Assembly: GCA_016748015.1 (NCBI GenBank)
Contig: JAAOMT010000239.1
Location: 96,356 to 160,355 of the forward strand
Length of the DNA: 64,000 nucleotides
Reading direction: 5' to 3'
Origin: Geosiphon pyriformis uo1
Taxonomy: Eukaryota > Fungi > Glomeromycota
Made by a program: the position numbers and the translations under genes. Positions 52,737-64,000 of the stretch are shown piece after piece (position 1 is the stretch's first letter; every line of letters starts with the position of its first letter). The notes below the pieces were generated by a model. The model did not search any database, was not told where the DNA came from, and saw only the letters and a list, made by a program, of their open reading frames with translations.

Positions 52737-53880
52737 TTATTCGCCATTAGCCAATTCACCAGCATCGCAGGTATCCCCACAACCAGCCTTAATACAACGT
52801 TCACATGGTTTGCAACGATTACATCCCTTTTTCCCTTTTCGACATCTTGAACAAGCCTTTGGTAAAGGTTGGCTTGAACCGGTAGAGATTTGAGAATTTG
52901 AAAGTTGGGCTGCTACTCTTTTGGAAGCTTTTCCCAAGGTTCTACTTTCGCAAATACCTTTGCTTCCCGAGGCCTCGTTATTTTCAATCTGGTCATTTGA
53001 TGATTTGAAATTAGATTGGTTATCATCTGAAAACTCGTCTTCTGGTGATAAAAGACCTTGTCTTGATTTTATAATCCGAGAAGTTAAAGTTTCTTGAAAA
53101 GCTTGTTGGTTTTGATTCTGATTTTGATGGGCTCGGGGATTGGACGTAGTTTTTGGTCGTTTTACAGTCTGGAGAAATGAGGCAGAAATTGTACGAATAA
53201 ACTGTGACGATCTTCTACGTTTCTTTCCAAATTTATCTTTCGTTCTCTATTTTTTTTTGGTAGGAATATGAATCGATACCAATCATTTTTGCTCGCTTTC
53301 AATGCTTGCAAAAAAAAAGAAGGATTCACTATTCCTTTGAGAATTTTCAACTATTTTACACAACTAAAAAAACAAGGCTTACCCTTTTCCCTGATCTATT
53401 ATCAAAGCTTCGGCTTTCATTCTCTCCTAGACTATCTGTAATTTCTCCTCCTTCATAATCAGATTCTTCAGCTGTACGTTTAGGGATGGACTGAAAATTT
53501 CCCCTTTCCTTTCTACTACTTTTCCTATGAAAAGTTCGAGGGATGATCTCGTATTGCTGATTAGTTTCCAAGGAATCAAAACTACCAGTCACTATATTCT
53601 TCTCAGGATCCCTTAACGAAAATCTTTCTATATCAAAAGCTTTCGAGATTTCTTCTTTTATATCTTCTCTTTTGTCAGTCGCTACGAACCTAAATGTAAC
53701 TTTTGGCTCTACATTTAAGGGTATGCCTGATTGATTATAAATAATATAAATTGTTTTCACAAACATTGATGGAAGACTTAAGGTAGAGTTAGGTGGAGAA
53801 GAAGGAAGTGGAAGATTGTACAATGGTTGGGAAAGAACATGACTGGTGTGCTGGTTTGAAAACGTAGGAGTCCTGGACAT
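52737..53880 (-). CDS. Putative transcription factor with C-terminal Zn(II)2Cys6 cluster (~335 aa; exons 53880-53383, 53246-52737)
   Basis: ACSRCRKGKKGCNRCKPCERCIKAGCGDTC fits C-x2-C-x6-C-x5-C-x2-C-x8-C. A phase-0 intron (GTAAG donor at 53382, TAG acceptor at 53247) joins the 174-aa ORF to an open frame running into the cluster. NLS-like GKKRRR. Confidence 0.8.
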
Positions 53881-56800
53881 ATTGCGTCTGTTTGAAAAAA
53901 AAAATCAAAGTGGGTAAGATAAGCAATGAGAATTGGAAGCGTAGAATATAATTTTCAAAGTTTAAGGTTGCGATTCATCGAGAAATTCCATTCAGAAAGT
54001 GAAAAAATGAATTCCTCCAAGAAAGCTTGATTTCCATTTAAATTAACTTTTTAAAACCTACATTTTTCAATTGTTTTGCTGAAAAGTACAATCTGTTCTT
54101 ATTTATAGAAAGGACGCGTCTTTTTTTATAGAAATCTTGGCTCCAAAGGCCCTTCAAGAGCCACGTGAAATAGATCTAAAGAGTAGTGCAACAAAAATTG
54201 CAAACCAAACCGACAGGGAAATATTAAAGAGACTGGCTCTTTTTTATTGTTTGGGCGATCGAGAAAAGCAAACTTGCTTGTAATAAATTTCGGGTATGCG
54301 ATGCCAATTTGAAAATTATTGGGGCGCCCAAGAGTTCACTACAATCTTCCTCTTTATTTAAGCTTTTTTTTTATTTTTACAAAAAATTCTCCAATCTATA
54401 TGAAGTATTCAATATTAAGTTTTAAAAGAGGTTTTAATCTGCAAATGACGTTTCATGTTTTATTATTAGATAATTCAACATTAAAAATACATTTAAACAT
54501 TTTATATTCATTTTTGTTAAGATTTTTTATAAAAACCATATTCAAATGATTGACCTAAAGCTTCTTTAAAAATATTTATTTAAGAAATATGTATTTAATC
54601 AAACTATTCACAGTTTAAAAAAAAAAATTGAATAAAAAATTTAGAATAGTAAGTTTTAAATTATCTTTTTCATAAAATTAGAATTTTTTTTGTATTCAAT
54701 AATAATAAACCATGCAATTTGAATAAGCGGCTCAAAGGGAGTTATTCCGAATTAAATTCTCCGACTGCCAAATATATTAGTCTTATCTACACGAAAATGA
54801 TAAGAAACGGATTCTGAAAAATCAGAGTTGAAAGTTATATCTTAAAACTATTTGCTCACTCCGATGAACGAATATTGAAAATAGATTTTTTGAAGATACC
54901 CTCTCAAGCCTTAGTGGCAGATAAAGATCGGAATAGTATAGTTGAACAATTTTTTTTTAATGTTAAAGCTTTTTACTTATTTTAAACGAATATTCACAAT
55001 AATAAATTCAACGCCATGAAAGAATATAAACAAACAAATAATTACCGCCATCAAATAGACATGCACAAATTAAAGTACGACAATTTGGTTTGAAGAACTA
55101 GATAGGAGAAACAACGTTTAACTATTACGACATATGTCATTCCTCTAAGAAGTACATTTTACTCATTTCTTTCTTATCTTCTAAGCTGGAAGTTCTTTAC
55201 TTTCTATCAATTGAAACTTTTCCAGTTGCTTTGATCAAAAATTTAGAGACTCAAATATTTAAAGATATTGTTCAAAAAATTTCAAGCTGAGCTTAAAATT
55301 TAAGCAATCTTTTTCTGGGTATAATAACGCAAGAGCTGCTTACTTTGATGACTCTTTTTAAAGACAATTTTCGAGTTAATTTTCCTTATTAAAAGATAGA
55401 TCAGAGGACACAATATTTGGATTTGGAAAGTTCTGATCACTTTTTCTACATTGTCATAAAAATTTTAGAATTCACAGAATTGCGTATCTGAAATGAAACC
55501 AATGGAAGTCATGTCAAAATGTAAATGAAATATGGTAAAAGTTTTGGTCATATTCCTTTTTTGCTTTGCAATAATTGGATATATATTAAAGGTTAGAGGA
55601 ATTTTGATATGACAATCGTTTTGGGCTGCCAGCGGAAACAATCGGTATATTAAATTTTTTCTGGTTAAATCCGATAACTAATATATATCATTGTATCTTC
55701 TCATGTTAGCTTCTATTAGTCTATTGTTTATAGAAAAATTATTTTCGTCTCTGTTGGGTTCCTCCACTCATTTTTACTAATCAAAAAGGGGTTAGATTTG
55801 TTGATCCCATAATTTACAGTCAACGATAAAGCAAACTTTAATATTTTTTTGGATCTTTTTTTTTAAATTCAACATTTCGAAAAGTTTTACCCTCCAATGA
55901 GAATAAGAATTAATGAGTTATCTTTTAAATTTTCTCAAAAACTATAAGAAATATTCTAGTCTTAAAGAAAAGTAAACCTTTTCTAGAAAAGCCTAAAAAC
56001 AAAGAATTGAAATAAACGTTTGCTATTCAAAAGATTTTAATTATGTTTACAATCATTCTGTTGTTGATCCCCTGAAATAAAATTAGCAGTTTCTTGAGAA
56101 CTTAAGGGGTTTAAATAAATTTTTTCTTCTCAATAATCTTTTTTGCCTAATGAGAAAATAAATTGAGAATATCAAAATCACAATGACATTATAAAAAAGC
56201 TCAAAAGTATAAAATCTAAAAATCTTTTTTTATCATATGAAGCTTTATTTACAAAAATGACGTTTTAATGACGTTTAGAATTTAAAGATAGTCAATTCAT
56301 TCATTTACACCTTTTATTTGCTGATTAAGCCTAGAAATACTCCTTTTGAATTAAAATATTTTAATTCTGACAATTAATAGTCTAGCTTTTTTTTGAAAAT
56401 AATAAAATATTAAACAGAAAAATTGACAAATAAACTGTTTTGAGATTAATGAGATTTTCAATAATTTTATATATATAAAATTTATAACAAAAATAATCAC
56501 AATTTGAAAATTGTAAAATATAATAAAAAAATTGGAAATGCAAACTTTAGATTTTTTTCTTTACATTTAATTCACTTGAAAAGTTTTTATTGATTTCATA
56601 TTTTGTTAATTAGAATAATATTAAGAATCTAGATTAAAAAAATAATTCATAGAATTTTCTTAGCATACAATTAATGTATAGTTTAATTATCATTGTGTAC
56701 TTAAAGGACTTTCTTTCAATAGGCCTTCCATATTGTAGTACATTAAATAGTCTACAATATTGCTTTCCACCGAAATGAACACAAAAAATTTGTGAATCTT

Positions 56801-59800
56801 TTGCACGGTTTAAACGGACTTACTCTAAATGCTGAATGACAAAAGTTTTCTTTTCCTGGTATACAACATGAATACCGGTTAAATACAGTCGGAATATTTT
56901 TTTAGGGAGGTTACGAAACTTTACAAATCCTCGGTATAATCGGAACATTCGGAGCATTTATGATCCATTGTAATATATATTTTAATGGTAATTACTTCAA
57001 CTGAGAAGCATATAATTATCGGAAGAATATTGAATTGAGTTGGTAATATAAATAGCACAAGAATTATAGCAAACAAATACAAGCTTATCGATCAATCTTT
57101 TGACTATAAGGTATTTCCCATTCATTTGATATTTTCGCTGTTTTTAAAGTTGCCCAAAAAAATGGTTTGGCAATTTTTAAATATTAACATAAAATTTAAT
57201 TTAGAATTTTTTTTTCATGCTATTTCTCTTCTATTAAAGTAAATTTAAGAATCCGACACCGTAAGGGTCAATTACTTACACCAAATGTTTAAAATATATA
57301 CATGGTGAAGTTAAACCGAATGAAAACAAAATATTTTACCGCGACACACAACTCCTATCTATGCTTGAAAATTTTGTGCAAGATTTTCTTTATCAGCTTT
57401 CATGCGATTTATCATGCAGTGGCACGACATTCATGGTGGAACCAAAATCAAATCTTTAATCGTGTTACGATAATGCTTTAAAATTTTTATGTTTTTAATT
57501 GTGAATATCCGAAAATTTTAATATTAGTCTTTTGAAATGAATTCTTTGATTGTTTTATTATATTAAGTATCTAAAAATAACTAGAATTTTAACGCATGCC
57601 ATAAACTTTTCAGCGATTTTTCGATGATAATAGATATTGGTTTCCTTTTCCCGCGGTCAAGGTGATGAGGACATGAAATATTTCAAAGAAACAAAGTAGA
57701 CATATTACAATTAAAATTTCTTAATAAATTAAAATTTTCAGTAATTTTGTATCTAGGTAATATTTTACAACTTTAAGCCATTTTTTATATTATTTGAGTT
57801 TTTAACTTAATTATTCATCCAATTATAAAATAGGTGAGAAAAATCTTTTAAATCTTTAAAAAAATAGTTCATTTCACAAAAAATTTGTATTTGCTCAATT
57901 AAAATTAGTTTAAAAAGTAAAAAAAAAAACTTGCTTTTATACCTTTTTTATAAAAAAATGATTATTTAATAAACAACATTTATTATTAAATTTTAAAAAT
58001 TATCAATTGAAACCTAATTTGTGTTACTTTATATTATTTATAAATTGATACTCCAAAGATAGTTTCTCTTAATTGAATAACTTATATAATCAATTTTTTT
58101 TTTCGTTATATATTATTTTTTCAATTTTTACTTATTGCTTACATCATTTTATTATTTGAATTTATAATAACATGTATACTATGTTAAAAAATTGAAATTT
58201 TATTATTAATTTTGAATTTAAAAGATTTTAATAAACCAATTTTTTCTATTTGAATTAAATGTTTTTTTTTTAATTCTTAAAATAAATAGGATTTTAATTT
58301 TTTCTTGTATACAAAATTAAATTTATTATTAAAAAACTTGTATATTCAATTAAAAAAAATATTTAATTATAATTTGTAAAATATAATATTTATTTAGTAA
58401 AAATAAGTTTTAAATTATTTGTATATAAATTTCGTCATATATAAAATGTTTTGTCTAATTATTTGATATTAATTAATCGAATATTTTAAATATATTGTTT
58501 TAAAATTTAATTTTGCTTATTTTATTTGATTATTAATTTAAAAATAAAAAAATTATTTTATAATTTTATTAATTAAAATCAAAACTTAAATAATAATAAT
58601 TATTTTAGGTTAAAAATGTTTATTTTGGTAATCAATTTAAAATTTTCGTTAAAAAATAATAGTAATTAATAAATAAGGACTAAAAAATTATAAAAATAAT
58701 TTTTCGGTGTTTTTGCATTTTATTATAAAAAGATTAATTAAATTTGATTAACAATTTTTTTTTATATTTTAATAAAACCAACAATTATTTTTGTATAAGA
58801 ATAACATAATATTATATTTAAAATGGTTTAATAAATGTGTAAAAATTATTTTTTTCAAAATTTTAGATTTAATTATTAATACTTTTTATTAATAAATCTT
58901 GGCATAAATATACAAAATTTTATACAAATTTGTGATATATATATATATATATGTATATTTATTTAACAAATAAAATTGATGTTTTGACCGAAAATTTATT
59001 ATTTCAAATAAAATTTTTAACCTAATTTTTTTTATCTATATTTCCAGAAAATAGTTAAAAAATTTATAAAATAGTACAGATGAAAATTAACAACTATCTT
59101 TCAACTAATAAAACATTCTAATTTTTGAAATTATTCACTACTAAGTGTTATTAAAAACAAATCAGATTTTGATTGAAGAATTATTTACTTGAAAATATAC
59201 TTGACATTTAAGCCAAGAGAAATATATCATACAAAGTAAAGTCTATATGTAATTACATAGAGCCTACTTAGATTTGATAAGTTCTTTGATTTTAAATTCA
59301 CATTCCCCAAGCCAGCAATAACTGTTATCATAAATTTGCAATTTCTTAAAAAAAGTTACTGTTAATCTAAATTATAAACGTTGTTAATATGAAGAATTTT
59401 TTTAATATTTCAAAACTAATTTTGTTAAAAGAAATTTAGGTTACTTATTAAAACTGATATGTGTATTTCGAATAATCTTATCAAAAAATTACTTCTTTAT
59501 GTTGACATCAATTTTTTAGCTAATGCAACAAAATATAAACATGTATGGTTTCTATGTAAAAAAATTGGTCTTAATTCACTCTTAAGAACGCATGAATGGG
59601 TTTCTAGATTGACTCGTAGTAAAAATTTTGATAACAAATTTAGCTTTTATGATTCATGCTTGAAATGTAACTATGAAATTCATTTAATACACATTACGCA
59701 ACTTTATCAAAAATTCTTGGCAAATGATCAGAGATTCTTTACTATCGCTTGCATATGCATATAATGACATTATCTAATGAAACTTTCCCTGACAATCTTA

Positions 59801-61035
59801 TCCATCTCAATGTATATACTTTTGTAAAATAATCACTTGATATCCTTTTTTAAAAGTTGGTGAATTCTTTCTTTTTGTTCTATTTGATCAATCAAAAATT
59901 AGCAAAATTGATTTCAAATTTATTTTAGATATAAGAAAAGAGGGTAATTATTTGTTTCAAAGCGATATGAATAAATAACATTACATAAAGTTTCCATCCT
60001 TGATTGCCAGTCATAACAATATTTAAAGGTTAATCCTGCTCACTGATCTCAAAATCTATATTTGCATTGATAAATTCTTTTGAAATGAGAAAGTATACCA
60101 ACTTTTTTCGAAACCTTGATAATTCAAATCAAGATTTTTATTTAATCTTGAGTTACCATTGAATTTGCCAAGTCTTTTCCAGAATTCATATTTTATATTG
60201 TTCATATAAATTTTATGTGTATAATTAGACAAGAATGAAAAAATGATTAGACTTTATAATTGAATAATTTTTACTCTGATAAAAATATTTTTGAAACTTA
60301 AAGATATATTTTTGATAAGATAAGAGAAAACAAGGCTACAATTTAAGTCAATAAACAGCTTCAATTTTTTTTGACAAAAAATTAAAGAAAGAGTTTTGGT
60401 TAGAAAATGTTGAATTCATCAGATAATCTTTTATCAAGATAAGACAAAAGAATTCTTTTGAATTCTGGCCTGTTTTTATTGATATAAATATTTGAAATTT
60501 ACTTAGTTTCTGTTATTTTTATGAAATTTCGATCCCTAATTTTGTTTTCTGGATATTTAAGATAACTGAAAAAGGTTTTAAATTTTTGACCACTTGAATG
60601 CCAAGCCAAATTTCGCTTGCCTTTTTTAAGACTAATATGTTGTATACTTTGTAATAGAAAATAAGACTTATTTAATTAGATCTAAAATGTAAATATTAAC
60701 AAAATATAAATAATTTCCCCAAAACCAAAATATTGGTTTAAAATTTTAAAATTCTCATTAATTTGTATGGTTTCGTAAGCTGTGAAACCTGAGCTTTATT
60801 AAACAAATGCTCTCTTTATTTAGGATTTTCATCTTTGGAAACAGATGACAGAAAGTTTAAATACTAATTTATCATTTTTTCGTTTTCATTGATAATTGTC
60901 GGCCAAGTTTTTTGGAAATTTCCGAGTTTTTAATGTGAATTATTTTCACTAAAATTACGGTCAAGATGTTTGATTGAAAACTTTGTATTATAAAACATAA
61001 ACTAATTGCCAAAAAATTATAAAATCATGGTCAAG

Positions 61036-61061
61036 TTTCTTGTGTTTCTTGTGTTTCTTGT
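61036..61061. repeat. 9-bp tandem repeat (TTTCTTGTG)x3 upstream of the MFS gene
   Basis: tttcttgtg tttcttgtg tttcttgt, read directly. Confidence 0.85.
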
Positions 61062-61144
61062 AAGAATACTTTCTGTAGCCAACATTTTTGTCTTATAGAA
61101 AGCTTGATTAGTAACTTTAAATTATTATTTTCATTATTATTATT

Positions 61145-63537
61145 ATGGATTCAGGAATTGAGCAATGTTCAAAATCCCATTTTTTTGCGACTCTGAAAAC
61201 TTCGACAACTATAACCTCATTTAAATCAGATAAATGTTCTAAAATTCCTAACCAAGAACCTGAATTGATAAATGCTATTAACCACGATCCAGAAGACAAA
61301 TTCAAAAAACCTTTTCAAAATCCTGACGCTTCAGTTAAAAATCTTATTAGATCGGATTTCGAAAAATGCAGTGAGAAGAAAATTAAAGGAAATGAGTCAG
61401 ATGATGAACTTACATTAGTGATTGGTCAAAATGCAAATGAGGATGATCCAATGTCATGGGCACCAGCCAAAAAAAGGTCAATCTTATTCACGATTGCGCT
61501 CGCTGGATTGATCGCACCAGTTTCAACCACGTGAGTTTACTTGATGTTGAGAAACTTTAAACTTATAGAACCTAATTTCTCATTTTTGACATTTTTATAG
61601 GATTTTTTACCCTGCCATAGATTTCATACGTGATGAATTTAAAACAACTCAAATTTTGGCAAACTCAATGAGTAAGCTGAATTTTTGCAATGTTTTTTTT
61701 ATTATCCTTGTCCAGTCATTCACTATTTTTTATTATACAAAACTTTAAACTCTGATTTACTATAAAAAGTTGCCTCATTTATATTTTTATGTGGAATAGC
61801 GGTAAGTCGATACAGTATTATCGAGACTCATTCAATTATATCAATTACCCTCAAGTTTATACTCACTTCCTCGCCATAATGAAGCTTTCTCTCTTCCATT
61901 AATAAAGCCACTAGGATGGGCCACATTTTCAGACACATTCGGTACACGAAGAAAAATTTATCTGATATCTTTCTCGATTTTTATCTTGGTTTCAATTGTT
62001 TGTGCTCTTTCAAAAAATGTTTGGCTTTTACTTTCGATGCGAGCTCTTCAAGCATGTGGCGCTTCTGCGGTACATAGCATCGGAGCTGGGACTATTAGCG
62101 ATATTTATCCTAAATCAGGTAAATGAAATGCAAACAAATTTTTCAAAATTTTATTGAGAGAAATTTCTCATCAAATTCTTTTTTTATTTTTATTCATCAT
62201 AATAAATTGCAGAGCGTGGGAAGTCCTTCGGGTTATTTTATATCGGACCATTGATTGGTAGGTATTTTATTCATTTTAAAGTGGTCAAGTTTTTGTAAAC
62301 TCTAAAAATCTTTTCGATATTTGATCTTTCACAGGTCCCGTTCTCGGACCTATAATAGGGTACATGATAGTAACTCATGTTTGATTATTATGATTATGAG
62401 GACCTCAAATTAATAATTCCTCAAACTTTTAATTTAGTGGCCAATTAAGTCACCATCTGGGATGGAGGTAAGTTACACACACTTATTAATAGTAATTTTT
62501 TCACGATCAACAAAGAAATCATATATTGCATTGTTTTTCAGATCAATTTTTTGGTTTTTAACAATCATCGGGACTCTTATTGTCATAATCATCTATTTCT
62601 TTCTCCCGGAAACATTTTATCGTCCATCTAACACCTTTGACGATTCTCTCCAATCCAAATTAACGAAAACAAAAATCAACGCTCATGAACCTCGAATAAA
62701 ATTTAATCCTCTAAAACCATTATATCTTTTTCGCTATCCATTTGTCTCGATAATTGTTATTTATATAGGTTTAATATTCGGAACTCTATATTCACAAAAC
62801 GTTCTCATTTCAACTAAATTTGCTCGACAATACAAACTCTCCACAGACCAAAAAGGATGGGTAATGCTTCCAAATGGTATTGGATACATGATTGGTTCGG
62901 TATTTGGTGGTCGATATTCTGATTATATGCTTAAAAAAGCTGGAGCAGATAGTTGGCCAGAATTAAGGATTAAAAGTTCTTGGATTGGTGCTACAATTTT
63001 TCCAATTGGGATGATATCTTTTGGGTGGTTTGTTGAGAAGAATGCCCCTCTTGCTGTTCCTTTGGTCTGCATGTTTATTTGTAAGTTTAAATAAAGGGTG
63101 TCAAATTAAAAATTTAGGGTTTCAAAACTTGAAAATATAATTCCCACTCCATAAATTTATAATCCCATACTATTTCAAATTTCAAATTTCAAACCTCAAA
63201 TATTTTAGCAAGCCTAGGCACAATGCTTATCTTCTCGTCAACTTGCAGCTACCTGGTTGACGCATTTCCATCCCACAGTGCCTCAGCAATTGCGGCAAAC
63301 AACTTTACACGATATATGAGTGCGGCCATTATGACAATTTTGGCCGAGTCGATCGAAAGAAACCTTGGTCCGGGCATAAGTTTCTCATTATTATCTAGTT
63401 TTACGATTGTTAGTGGGTTGTTTTTAATTTTAGTGTATATTAATGGGCGTAAATGGAGGGAACAAATAACTAAAATTGTAATAATTGAGATAGACGAGAA
63501 AGAGAAAAATGATAGCAAGCGGGATCAGACAATTTGA
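61145..63537 (+). CDS. MFS transporter, DHA1 drug:H+ antiporter type (9 exons)
   Basis: DDPMSWAPAKK, motif A WATFSDTFGTRR, MRALQACGAS, GAGTISDIYPKSERG, motif C GPLIGPVLGPIIGG..LGWRSIFW, FFLPET, GGRYSD, YLVDAFP..ASAIAANNF. Eight GT-AG introns. Confidence 0.93.
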
Positions 63538-64000
63538 AAACTTTTTTATTTTTTTATTTAGAATATTGAATATTTTAAAACAAACAAAATTTTGAATTTA
63601 ACAACCTGCGAAATGGTGAAACGTCTGTTTGTTTTTCTGATTGGTGTGTGTTATCCAATATGTAGAGTTTGAAAAGTGATTCTGATTTCAGTAGATAATA
63701 AACACTTCATCAGAAAGAAACTTGCATCCCTCTTTAACTGAAATCGGAACCTTTTACATTAATGATTCCATCTGTTTTATAGACAAAAAATTAAGAAAAC
63801 AAAAGCTGATACTATGAGCAAAAATAAAGTGAACAAAATATTTCATCTTTACAACAAACAATTTTACATCCATAAAAATTTTACTTTCCGTCTTCTTCAA
63901 CTAAAACTTCATATTTTTGAAATTTTGAAGATGGTAACGATAGCATTGTTTAGGAGTTCTAGTACCAAGAGATTGAGAAATTTTTAACCAGTTTTTTCCC

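Noticed and set aside
54700-55800. Possible F-box/LRR pseudogene remnants (similar texture at 23400-24050 and 59200-60200)
   Set aside because: Only vague Leu-periodic fragments with many stops; cannot be supported without a search.
1-64000. CRISPR arrays, rRNA/tRNA genes, bacterial operon or secondary-metabolite cluster (P450 + TF + MFS)
   Set aside because: No repeat-spacer array or RNA gene recognised. The P450 is dead and ~45 kb from the TF, and there is no backbone synthase.

Overview
AT-rich eukaryotic (fungal) genomic DNA with short GT-AG introns and two assembly gaps. The gene mix (expanded Sel1-repeat and tyrosine-kinase-like genes, decayed LINE-like retroelements) is typical of Glomeromycota. 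The retroelement style and a cyanobacterial-looking gene suggest Geosiphon pyriformis or a relative; this is inferred from recall, not searched. Apparently intact genes: a 3-exon Myb/SANT protein with a mitochondrial-presequence-like N-terminus, an intronless Sel1-repeat protein, an intronless DUF4238 protein, a multi-intron Rad4/XPC, an intronless SBP56/methanethiol-oxidase-family gene, a TKL kinase spanning a gap, a protein with a C-terminal Zn2Cys6 cluster, and a 9-exon DHA1-type MFS transporter. Decayed material: three non-LTR retroelement relics, a P450 pseudogene, four kinase pseudogenes/relics, a Sel1 pseudogene and long AT deserts. The standout is the SBP56 gene (32529-33899). It looks like a Nostoc-type cyanobacterial protein yet sits ~350 bp downstream of the intron-rich fungal Rad4, preceded by a long hairpin and a hydrophobic uORF: a candidate symbiont-to-host transfer of a sulfur-volatile oxidase. 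Other signals are a homologue of the bacterial antiphage DUF4238 family, two unusual DNA-binding-protein architectures, microhomology-flanked deletions in pseudogenes, and C>T/G>A decay of repeats not limited to CpG.
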